Below, one piece after another: positions 49,665-60,011 of a DNA stretch of 64,000 nucleotides. Below the pieces are notes generated by a model. The model was given only the letters and a program-made list of their open reading frames with translations. It did no database searches and was not told where the DNA came from. The DNA is from Clostridia bacterium (lineage in GTDB: Bacteria; Bacillota; Clostridia; UBA1212; DUPL01): the NCBI GenBank assembly GCA_050951325.1, contig JBMNIW010000003.1, positions 342,969-406,968 on the forward strand, read 5' to 3'. The position numbers were made by a program, and so were the translations under genes. How positions within the stretch are numbered: position 1 is the first letter of the stretch; every line of letters starts with the position of its first letter.

Positions 49665-51388
49665 ATCCGCTCCTCCTTCTTAATGGCGCCAAATGCACAC
49701 ATGCCAGTGCACAACTCGCAGCCTGCACACAATGCTTCATCTATTCTGTACTCGTCATCCTCCTTGTAAATTGCAGGACAACCAAGTCTCATACAATTGC
49801 CGCAATCTCTGCAGACTTCCTGATCTATGTACACCGGTTTGCCGTAATTGACAGTCTTTAAAAGAGCACAAGGCCTCTGTGCAATTATGACGGAAGGCTC
49901 ATTCTGGTCAAGCTCCTGCTTTACAAGTTTTCTAAACTCCTTCATGTTAAATGGATCTATAACAAAGACTCTTTTAACACCAATAGCTTCAGCAAGCTTG
50001 ACAAGATTGACTTGAGGAGCTTCCTCTCCCCTGATTGTATAACCTGTTGTAGGGTTATGCTGGTGACCTGTCATTCCAGTTATTGAATTGTCAAGAATTA
50101 TTACCGTTGAATTACCCTTGTTGTATACGATATCTATGAGACTGGTAATACCGGAGTGAATGAATGTTGAATCGCCAATAACTGCCACCGTTGGAATACC
50201 GTCTCCCGCCTTCGCCATTCCATGAGCCATACTTACAGATGCTCCCATGCAAACGCAGGCATCCACGGAGTTGTATGGCGGTAATGCACCCAATGTGTAG
50301 CATCCAATATCTCCGGATACTCTTACCTTCATTCTTGATAGTATATGAAAAACAGCCCTGTGAGGACATCCCGGACACATTACAGGAGGTCTGTTTGGAA
50401 TATCAAATTCATTATCCACATCCGCATACGAGATTTCTTCATTCAAGAACTGCTTTCTCAATATTGTTGTTGAAAGCTCTCCTTGTCTTCCAGTAAGATC
50501 CTTGCCTTTTACCTTAACACCCATCTGCCTTACATGGTTCTCTATAAATGGTTCAAGCTCCTCAATTACTACAAGCTCCTCAACCTCTTCTGCAAACTGT
50601 TTAATCAAATCCAGCGGAAGAGGATGAACCATGCCTATCTTCAAAACTGACGCATCCTTGAAAACTTCCTTCACATATTGATACAATATCCCAGATGTAA
50701 TTACTCCAACTTTTTTGTCATTCCACTCAATCCTGTTAACACCCGACTTGTTTGAATATGCAGCCAGCCTGTTCATTCTGTCTTCCACAACCAAATGGCG
50801 CTTTTTTGCCATTCCAGGCATCATGACATACTTCATAATGTCTTTTACATACTCTTTATTAACAATACTCTCTCTATCCTGTGTGTTTACCAGGCTTCTT
50901 GCATGTGAAATCCTAGTAGTCAGTCGGAGAATTACAGGACAATCGTACTCTTCACTTATCTCAAAAGCCAGTTTTGTAAATAATCTGCACTCTTCACTGT
51001 CTGCAGGTTCAAGCATCGGCACATGGCTTGCAAGTGCATAAAACCTGGAATCCTGTTCGTTCTGCGATGAATGCATGCCTGGATCGTCTGCCACCACTAT
51101 AACCAATCCCCCATTCACACCTGTGTAGGAAGATGTAAACAAAGGATCCGCAGCGACATTAAGCCCTACATGCTTCATGCAGCACATCGCTCTAGCACCG
51201 GCAATGGATGCGCCTATTGCCACTTCAAGAGCAACCTTCTCGTTTGGAGCCCATTCGCAGTAAACATCCTCGTACTTTGCAATACTCTCGGTAATCTCAG
51301 TACTTGGTGTTCCTGGGTAGGACGATACGACCTTTACACCGGCCTCCCAGGCTCCTCTTGCAACTGCTTCATTTCCCAACAACAACAT
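49661..51388 (-). CDS. iorA: Indolepyruvate:ferredoxin oxidoreductase alpha subunit
   Basis: YPGTPSTE, MKHVGLNVA, CPGCPHR, GDIGCY, GDSTF, C-terminal ferredoxin Cys motifs. Confidence 0.95.
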   Translation of the reverse strand: MLLLGNEAVARGAWEAGVKVVSSYPGTPSTEITESIAKYEDVYCEWAPNEKVALEVAIGASIAGARAMCCMKHVGLNVAADPLFTSSYTGVNGGLVIVVADDPGMHSSQNEQDSRFYALASHVPMLEPADSEECRLFTKLAFEISEEYDCPVILRLTTRISHARSLVNTQDRESIVNKEYVKDIMKYVMMPGMAKKRHLVVEDRMNRLAAYSNKSGVNRIEWNDKKVGVITSGILYQYVKEVFKDASVLKIGMVHPLPLDLIKQFAEEVEELVVIEELEPFIENHVRQMGVKVKGKDLTGRQGELSTTILRKQFLNEEISYADVDNEFDIPNRPPVMCPGCPHRAVFHILSRMKVRVSGDIGCYTLGALPPYNSVDACVCMGASVSMAHGMAKAGDGIPTVAVIGDSTFIHSGITSLIDIVYNKGNSTVIILDNSITGMTGHQHNPTTGYTIRGEEAPQVNLVKLAEAIGVKRVFVIDPFNMKEFRKLVKQELDQNEPSVIIAQRPCALLKTVNYGKPVYIDQEVCRDCGNCMRLGCPAIYKEDDEYRIDEALCAGCELCTGMCAFGAIKKEERI

Positions 51389-51411
51389 ATAAAATCTCCT
51401 TCAATCTAAGT

Positions 51412-52950
51412 TTATGATGCAACAGATACCCCTTTCAGGTATTCTGATTCTTCCTCTCCCATATTTCCACTAAAACATTCAAAACACTTGTCAATTCGTT
51501 CCTTCTCAAGTTTTGGTGTAACGAGGCTTACCACCGGAACTACTATCAATGATGCAAACATTGCCAATGCACCTGCCACAGGTGCTATGAATGTCTGCGT
51601 AAAAATGTTTGCAACCGTAACTGCAACCCCAGTTATAAATCCAGCCCAGACGCCTGCTCTTGTTATGCCTTTCCAGAACAGTCCATAAAGGAAGGGTGCA
51701 AGAAACGCTCCAGCCAAAGCTCCCCAGGAGATGGACATTAATCCTGATATAAGTTCATTACTGAACAATGCAATGAGAACTGAAACCAGGATAAAAAAAG
51801 CACTCATAATACGAATTACAAGCATCTGCTTCTTATCGTCAATCTTCTTGTACAGAAAGCCTTTGACAAAATCAATGGCAAAGGTTGACGAAGAAGATAT
51901 GACAAGGGAAGACAGTGTCGACATTGAAGCGGACAAAACCAGAACCACAATTACTCCCAGCAGTATGTCAGGCAGTATCGAGGACAACATGGCAGGTACT
52001 ACGCCGTCTGATCCTGTTACTGGCATGCCATTTGCATCACTTTCAACGTAAAGCCTTCCGAAAGCTCCCATAAAGTACGAACCACCTGCTATTATCAACG
52101 CAAACAATGTGGATATGACGGTTCCTTTACGGATTTCCTTTGCGTCCCTTATGGAATAAAACTTATGTATCATATGTGGCAATCCCCACGGACCTAGACT
52201 TGTAAGAATTACTACTCCCAAAAGTCCAAAAGGTTCAGGTCCAAAAAAAGATACATACCCTCCATTCATTCCTGCATTAGCTCCTGATGTTACTTCTTGC
52301 TGCGACAAAAGCGTCATTGATTCTGCAAAGCCACCTTTTCCATTCAATACAGATACAATTACCGCAACAATACCAAACAGCATAATGATTCCCTGAATGA
52401 AATCATTAATGGATGAGGCTATGTATCCTCCCAATACCACATAAATCGCAGTCAATACAGCCATGCCGACAACACACCAACCAAAGTCAATGTTGAAGGC
52501 TTTTGTAAATATGCCTGATAGCCCTTTGTAAACTGAAGCCGAATAAGGAATTAGAAAAACAAACATAATAATTGCGGCAGCCAGTTTTATGGCTTTGCTT
52601 CCATACCTCTTCTCAAAAAACTCAGGCATTGTGGCCGTATCCAGATGTTTCGTCATGGTCCTTGTCCTGTTACCTAAAAGCGCCCAGGCCATTAGACTTC
52701 CTACAAATGCGTTTCCAAGGCCAATCCATACCGCAGCAACTCCATACGACCAGCCAAACTGTCCTGCATAACCTACAAATACTACTGCTGAAAAATACGC
52801 CGTTCCGTACGAAAATGCTCCCAACCATGCTCCAATATTTCTGCCACCCAATACAAAATCATTTACTGACATGACTTTTTTTCTTGATATCAGCCCAATT
52901 ACTGTCGTAACAGTAAAAAAAACAGCCAGCAGCAAGATTTTTACTACCAT
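51412..52950 (-). CDS. Sodium:solute symporter (SSS family)
   Basis: DFVLGGR, TMPEFFEKRY, WGLPHM, SASMSTLSS; about 13 TM. Confidence 0.9.
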   Translation of the reverse strand: MVVKILLLAVFFTVTTVIGLISRKKVMSVNDFVLGGRNIGAWLGAFSYGTAYFSAVVFVGYAGQFGWSYGVAAVWIGLGNAFVGSLMAWALLGNRTRTMTKHLDTATMPEFFEKRYGSKAIKLAAAIIMFVFLIPYSASVYKGLSGIFTKAFNIDFGWCVVGMAVLTAIYVVLGGYIASSINDFIQGIIMLFGIVAVIVSVLNGKGGFAESMTLLSQQEVTSGANAGMNGGYVSFFGPEPFGLLGVVILTSLGPWGLPHMIHKFYSIRDAKEIRKGTVISTLFALIIAGGSYFMGAFGRLYVESDANGMPVTGSDGVVPAMLSSILPDILLGVIVVLVLSASMSTLSSLVISSSSTFAIDFVKGFLYKKIDDKKQMLVIRIMSAFFILVSVLIALFSNELISGLMSISWGALAGAFLAPFLYGLFWKGITRAGVWAGFITGVAVTVANIFTQTFIAPVAGALAMFASLIVVPVVSLVTPKLEKERIDKCFECFSGNMGEEESEYLKGVSVAS

Positions 52951-52980
52951 ACTACCATCCTCCACAAATATATTAACAAT

Positions 52981-53013
52981 AAAAAAAGACGCAATGAACA
53001 ATCATTGCGTTTT
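52981..53013 (-). terminator. Terminator-like palindrome (possible operator)
   Basis: ACGCAATGA-TTGT-TCATTGCGT-C-T7 on the minus strand. Confidence 0.7.
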
Positions 53014-53014
53014 A

Positions 53015-53044
53015 ATTATACAGAATTGCATTATTAAATGTCAA
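53015..53044 (-). promoter_or_regulatory. sigma-A promoter for SSS-iorAB-paaK-ACT
   Basis: TTGACA-N18-TATAAT, overlapping the stop codon of the upstream gene. Confidence 0.65.
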
Positions 53045-55956
53045 GTTCCAATGTAAATATCTGCACCAAACCTTACAAAGGAGTATCTGTCCCTGTGAGC
53101 ATGGCTTCCATCTTCCGTCCACATATTCTCAAGGGAGAATTGAACAGGACCCAATGCGGTGGGTTCGGGATCTGCAAAATGATGTGGTCCCAGAAGATTT
53201 CTTTGTGAGTTGTAGAAAACCAGCTCCAACTCATTCTCTCCCTGCTTGATATACTCCGTAATATCACAGTGGTTCTTGTACATGAGCCTGCCTGCCTTTT
53301 TGTCATTTACATAGCAGTCACAAACGGAATATCTTCCATCCACTATCAATTCAATCTTCTGAACCTTGTCAATATTAAAAGTCTTTGCAACATGCATTTT
53401 TCCTGAGAAGAATGGATAGCCGTCTCTTACCACATCGGAAATATCCACATCCTCCTTCTGTCTTGCAATATGGAACTGACCAGTATACTCAAGAACATTC
53501 TTTCTTGGGCTTGTAAAATCACTGTCACAAACAACAGAAAAGTCTCCATAAAGGTATACACTTTCAATTTCCGTGTCAAAGTTCAAACAGTTTCTCAAGG
53601 ACTCCGATACCCCTCCATAAAGAACGTAATATACATAGTCATCCTGGTAGTAATCCAGCTCGAAAACAAGTTCGTTCTTTCCTGCCTTCACAAACTCCAA
53701 TATGTCTGCAACCAGGAAGCTTCTGTCAAGGAACCACTCATCAGACACCACTACATCCATACCATTTACCTTGACAGACGAATATTTCAATGGCTCAAAA
53801 CAAGCCCTTAAAGCACCCGGCATCTCCATTACATTAAACTCATATTTTAAATACAGCTTTCCTTCATATTTTCTCCTGAAAAGAAGATCCTTTATCTGCA
53901 TTACAGGCATAAGCTTTTCATAAGTTTCTCCATCGTATGACATATATGCATAGTCCAGGTTTATGGCATTTACAACTTTATCCTTGAAGACAAACCTGCC
54001 TTCAACCTTACTTTTTGCAAACTCCCGTACCTCCATATCCGCCTTTACATCACTTGCCTTTTCGACAAGCACAAAAGACTCACCGCCTTCAAAACTCAGC
54101 TTGCTGCCTGCAACTTCCTTCAATTTCAAATCCATCAGTTCAAGAACGGATATTTCCTTTCTGCCTTTAATTTCAACATCAACATCCTTGATTACCTCAT
54201 CCGACAGATTAAGGATGTAGAAAATTCTTCCGTCCTCTGTATCCCTTGTCATCACGCGAAGATGAGGAATATTGTTTCCATCCTTTGATAACTTGATTAT
54301 CTGCGCATCCTTAATATCCTCAAAAGTGCATGTTTGTTTAAGGAAACTCAAATCCGCCTTTCTTCCATCAATTCTTTCAGGAAGACCTTTGTACAGATAG
54401 AGTTTTCCTCCCTTTTCGAGAAACTCCTTTAGAAGTTCCACAGTGCTTGAATCCAGAGTTTGACAATATGGCAGCACTACATACTCATAGGTACACAATC
54501 CTACGCTCAAAGTACCATCATCATTTACTTTCGCATGCTTTGCCATAAGAATTTCATCACCGTAATGGTATGCAATCTGGTTTTGTGAAAACATATTTGT
54601 AATGTATTCGAACTCTTTTTCGAGCTCCATTACTGATTCCATATCCTTTTGCCTGTTGTATGTGAGATATGCACTGTGTATGGGGTGAATAATCAGTGTG
54701 TTTACCAATTCACTACCCATTGCAAGAACGTAACCAAGACGCTTGAAATAAACATTGAAATCAGTCATCTGTTCCTGCCATGGAAGGTGTTCTGAATAAA
54801 AAGCTGGATAATCCCTCTTTCTCTGTCCTCTTATGGAATAAGGATAAAGGTGCTGGCACATAAGATTTACACCACTGGCATACTGCCATTCAGCTATTTT
54901 CTTAAGCTCATAAGGAGATACATCCCAGCCACAGCATCCAAACATCTCGCTGAGCACTTTCTTTCTGCCCAACTGGGCAGCAACGGAACCTACTTGCTTT
55001 GGAGCAATGTCAGCGGGTATTCCTCTTCCAAGATGGTCAATACCAGGTATATGCTGGTACTCATAGAAAGGCATGGCTCCTCCGCAACACCACATCTGGG
55101 TCGACAGCCTTGCCTCCTCAACAGTGTGTCCCGTCAAAAGGCAATTGTTCTCCTCGCACCAGTCATATATTACTTTAATAAAATTGTTGGTATACAGCTC
55201 GTGCACAAGGTAATGGTAGTCGTACCTTATCTTCTTCCAATCAAGACCTTCTTCGTCAAATGTAACAAAAAGGGCTGGCAAAAAGTTCAATATGTCATAA
55301 CCATACTTCTTATTAAACTCATCCCTTAGAATATTTGACCAAGGTGTTTTATACCTGTAATACTGGGGTTCGTCCGTAAAGAATCCGGGCATGCCCTTTT
55401 CTACTCCAAAATCTTCTCCCAACACCTTTTTGTAATCTTCATGCGTAAGCCTTATATATTCCTTCGTAATTTCAGCATCCATTGTATCAACATAGGAAGA
55501 ATCATATTTCTGATACACGCAGAAATATTCATTTACTCCCTCTACGTTATTGTGTAATCTTTCAATACCTTTATCGGTGACCTTGTAAACACCGAGAGCA
55601 TTGGAATCAAACGTATCCTTTATCTCATATTCCAGATACGTTGCATGATTCTTTTTGTCTTCCAGCAGTTTACCTCCAGCAAATCCGCTGGGCCAGCCGT
55701 TTTCGTCATAGGACCAGGCTTCCATACCCAGTTTCTTTGCTTCATCAACACATTGCCTTATGCAGTCATACCAGTCATCACTCAGATAGTCGGTTTCAAG
55801 ACCACCTCTGGCATGCATGAAAAAGCCGTTCATGCCTATTTTCTTCATTACATTTATTTGTCTTCTTAATTCTTCAGGATCAAGTTTGTCGTTCCAGCTC
55901 CAAAAAGGAATGCTGCCATATTCATCACTGTTCTTTCTAATCTTCTCAATCAACAT
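53041..55956 (-). CDS. Large cytoplasmic glycoside hydrolase (GH106/GH2-like)
   Basis: PFWSWN, HARGGL, YDENGWPSGFAGG, FFTDEP, PGIDHL, SEMFG; C-terminal jelly-roll (GYPFFSG..GENELEL); no signal peptide. Confidence 0.78.
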   Translation of the reverse strand: MLIEKIRKNSDEYGSIPFWSWNDKLDPEELRRQINVMKKIGMNGFFMHARGGLETDYLSDDWYDCIRQCVDEAKKLGMEAWSYDENGWPSGFAGGKLLEDKKNHATYLEYEIKDTFDSNALGVYKVTDKGIERLHNNVEGVNEYFCVYQKYDSSYVDTMDAEITKEYIRLTHEDYKKVLGEDFGVEKGMPGFFTDEPQYYRYKTPWSNILRDEFNKKYGYDILNFLPALFVTFDEEGLDWKKIRYDYHYLVHELYTNNFIKVIYDWCEENNCLLTGHTVEEARLSTQMWCCGGAMPFYEYQHIPGIDHLGRGIPADIAPKQVGSVAAQLGRKKVLSEMFGCCGWDVSPYELKKIAEWQYASGVNLMCQHLYPYSIRGQRKRDYPAFYSEHLPWQEQMTDFNVYFKRLGYVLAMGSELVNTLIIHPIHSAYLTYNRQKDMESVMELEKEFEYITNMFSQNQIAYHYGDEILMAKHAKVNDDGTLSVGLCTYEYVVLPYCQTLDSSTVELLKEFLEKGGKLYLYKGLPERIDGRKADLSFLKQTCTFEDIKDAQIIKLSKDGNNIPHLRVMTRDTEDGRIFYILNLSDEVIKDVDVEIKGRKEISVLELMDLKLKEVAGSKLSFEGGESFVLVEKASDVKADMEVREFAKSKVEGRFVFKDKVVNAINLDYAYMSYDGETYEKLMPVMQIKDLLFRRKYEGKLYLKYEFNVMEMPGALRACFEPLKYSSVKVNGMDVVVSDEWFLDRSFLVADILEFVKAGKNELVFELDYYQDDYVYYVLYGGVSESLRNCLNFDTEIESVYLYGDFSVVCDSDFTSPRKNVLEYTGQFHIARQKEDVDISDVVRDGYPFFSGKMHVAKTFNIDKVQKIELIVDGRYSVCDCYVNDKKAGRLMYKNHCDITEYIKQGENELELVFYNSQRNLLGPHHFADPEPTALGPVQFSLENMWTEDGSHAHRDRYSFVRFGADIYIGT

Positions 55957-56049
55957 AATGTCCTACTTGCGTAGTGCTCCTTTCCAATATGTATTTTATA
56001 TGCTCAAGGCTAACGCCTGGAGTAAGACTAGCATAATTGGGTAATATAA

Positions 56050-57090
56050 TCAATATGTGGGCTGCGGAGTTGACAGATCCGGAGTTGGTGTAATTACTCC
56101 TTCGAACACATCAATTGGATAATAGTCCATGATTGGATTTCTATCATAAAACAGCTTCTTGAGCGAAGGCATCTCCAATATGGCATCAAAGTAAGATATC
56201 ATGTTAAGGTGTACATCAAGCTCTCTTAGTTTTTCATGTCCTCTTAGGCACTCTATATCTTCAATCCAGTTATCACCAGCTAACAACACCTCAAGATTAG
56301 ACAATACCGATAGCGGTGTAATGTCCTCTACAGTATTAAAACTAATATCTATATAAACAAGCTTTTGAAGGTTTGCAAGCTCTGTGAGATCTTCAACTCC
56401 ATAATACTCTTGTTCACTGGCTTCATGATAGTTTTTTGACAAATCCAGATATTCCAGATTCACGCACCTTTTCAAAGGAGACACATCAGATATTCTGTTC
56501 TGTTTCAAGCTCAGTCGTTTCAGCGAAACAAGGCTGGATAACGGACTAATATCCGAGATAAAGTTTTTATCAAGATATAGTACTTCCAAACGTGTAAGGT
56601 TTCTAAGAGGTTCCAGTACCATCCCTTCCCTGTCTCCTACATAAATCGAACTAAAATTATGACTAAGATCCAGATACTTAAGATTTGTCAGATGCTTAAG
56701 TACACTTATGTCACTTATTCTGTTTCCATACAAATCAAGTCTCTCAAGGGATGTGAAATACTTTAGATCCTCTATGCTGCGAATTGCGCACACCCTTGCC
56801 TCAAGCTCCTTAATCTGCCTGACTTCGGACTCCAGTATCGCGCCAATTGGCTTGTTCATCAGTTCCCTTACTACCAGTTCCAAATATACATCAGTAAATT
56901 CAATTTCCTTATCGAGTTCAGGTGGAGTTGGAGTTGCATCCAGGTTTGGAGTTGGCTGGGGTGTATTGGATATGGTTGGTGTTGGAGTAACAGGCACCAG
57001 GTTATCGTCCTTCTTCGGAATAACCAAAACCACTACTATCAGCATAAGTATGATTATCATGAAAATAATAAAGTTCTTCAAACCTACCAC
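56050..57090 (-). CDS. Internalin-type leucine-rich repeat protein with N-terminal membrane anchor
   Basis: Cap IEFTDVYLELVVR; repeats of L..L.L..N.ISDIS.L; Pro/Thr stretches on both sides. Confidence 0.85.
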   Translation of the reverse strand: MVGLKNFIIFMIIILMLIVVVLVIPKKDDNLVPVTPTPTISNTPQPTPNLDATPTPPELDKEIEFTDVYLELVVRELMNKPIGAILESEVRQIKELEARVCAIRSIEDLKYFTSLERLDLYGNRISDISVLKHLTNLKYLDLSHNFSSIYVGDREGMVLEPLRNLTRLEVLYLDKNFISDISPLSSLVSLKRLSLKQNRISDVSPLKRCVNLEYLDLSKNYHEASEQEYYGVEDLTELANLQKLVYIDISFNTVEDITPLSVLSNLEVLLAGDNWIEDIECLRGHEKLRELDVHLNMISYFDAILEMPSLKKLFYDRNPIMDYYPIDVFEGVITPTPDLSTPQPTY

Positions 57091-57093
57091 CCC

Positions 57094-58608
57094 TTATTCC
57101 ATGATAGCAACGCTATTAATCCTGCTGTACTCCCCTATTTCATGCAGCTTGTCTTTTTTCCACAAATACAACTTGTTGCCTTCCTGAAATATGATTTCCT
57201 CAAAGTTTTTATTGAAAAACAGACTTCCTTTCAAATCACCGGTTATTCTCTTCAATCCTTCATCAGTAACAATATCAAGGGTCACCTTTCCTGAAGATGT
57301 GCTTCTTACAAACAGATACGCATCATCGCTAAATCCGTACAGCCTTTTGCTGTCTGACGGCACTCTATCTATCTTATTGTTCTCAAGAATGTAATAGAGG
57401 TTGTCAGCCCCCTCGTCCTCATACATAACAATTGCCTTGTTGAGGTAATCGTAAATGTTGGCAGCATTGTCAGCAACCTTTTCCACCTTGTGACTCTTGT
57501 CATATACATTTACCCTTGAAAGGTTTCCTGTCTGCTCGTTTATATACAAATATCCTTGTATTCTGTCATATATGAATCTGCTACCATGAGTTGTTTCCAA
57601 CAAAAGTTCAGGTGCGGAGCCTCTCTTTGACTTGTATATCTCCACCATCTTTCCTTTATCTTTTGCAAAAACAACAAGTTTGTCATCAATGGAGTTGTAT
57701 ATTATCCTGTTAACATTATTTGATATTTCTCTTGCCTTATAGTTACTCATATACATAAGATCTCCGCTGCTTCCATCCTCGGAAATGTTTGCAAGAATGT
57801 ATGTTACTTCCTTCTTGTTTTTTGATTCAAGATACCTTGTATTGCTTTCGATAATAACGGGCTGGTTGGTATTTGTAAGGACCTGCGCATTGTCCAGTTT
57901 TAATTTCACATCTCCGTTTCGTTCTGCAATGTGCAAAGTGCTTTTAATATAGTAGTAAATGTATTTATCGTTTTTCGCAATGCCAAAAGTCTTTGCAATA
58001 TTTATATTGGAAGCAATCTTTCGTGATTTTCCAATAGCACTGCACAAAAACAGGTCCGCCTCACTTTCCTGTATGTTGTCAATATAAAGAAAATACTCAT
58101 CTCCAATTGAAGAAAAGTTGTTGATGTTTATATCCTTGATTTCCGTTAATTCTATTGTTTTTTTGCCAGAATACATATACAGTTTCAAGTTATTACTGGA
58201 ACGCAAAAGAATTCCGGACCTGTCCGCAAGTATAGAGTACGAATCTATATCCTGGGCTAAAGCCACCCTTAAATTCTTCTTAATATTATACTCGTATAAA
58301 GTGTTTTCCCTGATGTAGTAGACCTTGTTCTTTTTTACATCATGTACCGCACTATGGGCGTTGTCGTCAATTTCTGTTACATCAAGGTCGTCATTAAGAA
58401 TGAAAAGCGTTTTATGCTCATCTATGAATACGAAAGGAAAGAGAAAGCTTCTTGCAACGCCATTTTTGTCAACATCCCCTATTTTGGGAGATCTGCCAGG
58501 CAGCAAACTTAATATGGCCACTATTACAAGAACAAGGATAAACACTGTCATTAAGGCAATGGCATGTCCTTTACTTTCATTCTGGATGTACACTTTTCTT
58601 TTGCCCAT
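57094..58608 (-). CDS. Hypothetical membrane-anchored protein, possible beta-propeller
   Basis: N-terminal TM; recurring ..KIAxN(V/A/I)..Y blade-like motifs. Confidence 0.65.
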   Translation of the reverse strand: MGKRKVYIQNESKGHAIALMTVFILVLVIVAILSLLPGRSPKIGDVDKNGVARSFLFPFVFIDEHKTLFILNDDLDVTEIDDNAHSAVHDVKKNKVYYIRENTLYEYNIKKNLRVALAQDIDSYSILADRSGILLRSSNNLKLYMYSGKKTIELTEIKDININNFSSIGDEYFLYIDNIQESEADLFLCSAIGKSRKIASNINIAKTFGIAKNDKYIYYYIKSTLHIAERNGDVKLKLDNAQVLTNTNQPVIIESNTRYLESKNKKEVTYILANISEDGSSGDLMYMSNYKAREISNNVNRIIYNSIDDKLVVFAKDKGKMVEIYKSKRGSAPELLLETTHGSRFIYDRIQGYLYINEQTGNLSRVNVYDKSHKVEKVADNAANIYDYLNKAIVMYEDEGADNLYYILENNKIDRVPSDSKRLYGFSDDAYLFVRSTSSGKVTLDIVTDEGLKRITGDLKGSLFFNKNFEEIIFQEGNKLYLWKKDKLHEIGEYSRINSVAIME

Positions 58609-58765
58609 AGCACACCTTCTATCAAGAATTTCACATAAAGTATAACATTACCAATGGATTTTTGCAAATATCCATTAATAGTTATTGCAATTATTAACGA
58701 TTCGGTTTACAATAGTTTTAACAGATTATACTGTGAAATATTTTACAAAAGAGAATGATACAAAA

Positions 58766-59053
58766 ATGAGTTTTGTTAAAAGAATGCTGGCATACTATCT
58801 ATATATTATCCGATACTTGTCACTTACAACATCAATTATATATATGTTGTCTCCCATTTTATTCATAGTATTATATATTCTTGCCCAAAAGGATTATAAT
58901 TTTATGATAAGCATGTATGATGGAAGCTACCCATGGAATCTTATTACAAAACCATTAGAATACTTTGCCGTGTCAGGCAAAGTATTCTTTGCAGGTCTTG
59001 TTGAATATTTCATTTCTTACGTTATTAACTCATATATAAACAATTTAAAATAG
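58766..59053 (+). CDS. Small AT-rich hypothetical membrane protein
   Basis: Hydrophobic segments; fills gap between divergent and convergent neighbours; weak RBS. Confidence 0.45.
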   Translation: MSFVKRMLAYYLYIIRYLSLTTSIIYMLSPILFIVLYILAQKDYNFMISMYDGSYPWNLITKPLEYFAVSGKVFFAGLVEYFISYVINSYINNLK

Positions 59054-59057
59054 TGTC

Positions 59058-60011
59058 TTATTCCGGCTCCCCTTTTCTTTCCGGTACAAACGCTTTTGTT
59101 ATATTGCTCAAATCATAAGGAGTTGCCTGATATACATAATAGTTGAGCCAGTTTGCATACATAAGGTAAGCATGGCTTTTCCACTGATGGTAAGGTCTCT
59201 GTGTAGGATCGTCATTTGGGAAATAGTTTTCAGGGATATTAGGATTCAAACCTTTTGCAAGATCTCTTTCGTATTCAAGTTTCAATGTATCCCTATCGTA
59301 TTCCAAATGACCAGTCATAAATATCTGCCTTCGGTCCTTGGATGCGCATATGCAGAGTCCTGCTTCCCTGCTTGTTGCTAGTATATCTATATCCGATATC
59401 TTCTCCACATCAGATATCCTTGTTTCAGTATATCTAGAGTGAGGCACATAAAAAGTATCGTCAAATCCCCTTAAGAGCCTGGATGATTTCTTATGAGGCT
59501 CATGCTCAAATACTCCTGACAACTTGTTTTCAAGTGGATATTTGGGTATGCCAAAATGATAATACATACCCGCCTGCGCTGCCCAGCAAATGTGTAAGGT
59601 AGTCATGACATTCGATGTTGTCCAGTCCATTATTGCACACAACTCCTCCCAATAGTTTACTTCCTCAAAAGGCAGCAGTTCGACAGGAGCGCCTGTAATT
59701 ATCATACCGTCGTACTTTTCATCCTTTATCTCGTTAAAAGTACTGTAAAATGCAGAAAGGTGCTCCGGAGGTGTGTTCTTGGACGTATGGGACGCAGGAT
59801 GTATAAAAGAGACCTCCGTCTGCAATGGAGTATTGCTGAGCATCCTAAGCAGCTGGGTCTCAGTCACTATCTTTGTAGGCATCAGATTAAGTATAAGGAT
59901 TCTCAAAGGCCTTATATCCTGTCTTATAGCCATCTGCTCGTCCAATACAAATATATGTTCTTTTGTCAAAATCTTTTTTGCGGGTAAATTGTCGGGTATT
60001 TTTATTGGCAT
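59058..60011 (-). CDS. metA: Homoserine O-acyltransferase, MetA family (probably acetyl-CoA specific)
   Basis: MPIKIP, QDIRPL, LNLMP, TGAPVE with Glu111 (acetyl determinant), catalytic Cys142 in [12 protein letters not shown]. Confidence 0.95.
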   Translation of the reverse strand: MPIKIPDNLPAKKILTKEHIFVLDEQMAIRQDIRPLRILILNLMPTKIVTETQLLRMLSNTPLQTEVSFIHPASHTSKNTPPEHLSAFYSTFNEIKDEKYDGMIITGAPVELLPFEEVNYWEELCAIMDWTTSNVMTTLHICWAAQAGMYYHFGIPKYPLENKLSGVFEHEPHKKSSRLLRGFDDTFYVPHSRYTETRISDVEKISDIDILATSREAGLCICASKDRRQIFMTGHLEYDRDTLKLEYERDLAKGLNPNIPENYFPNDDPTQRPYHQWKSHAYLMYANWLNYYVYQATPYDLSNITKAFVPERKGEPE

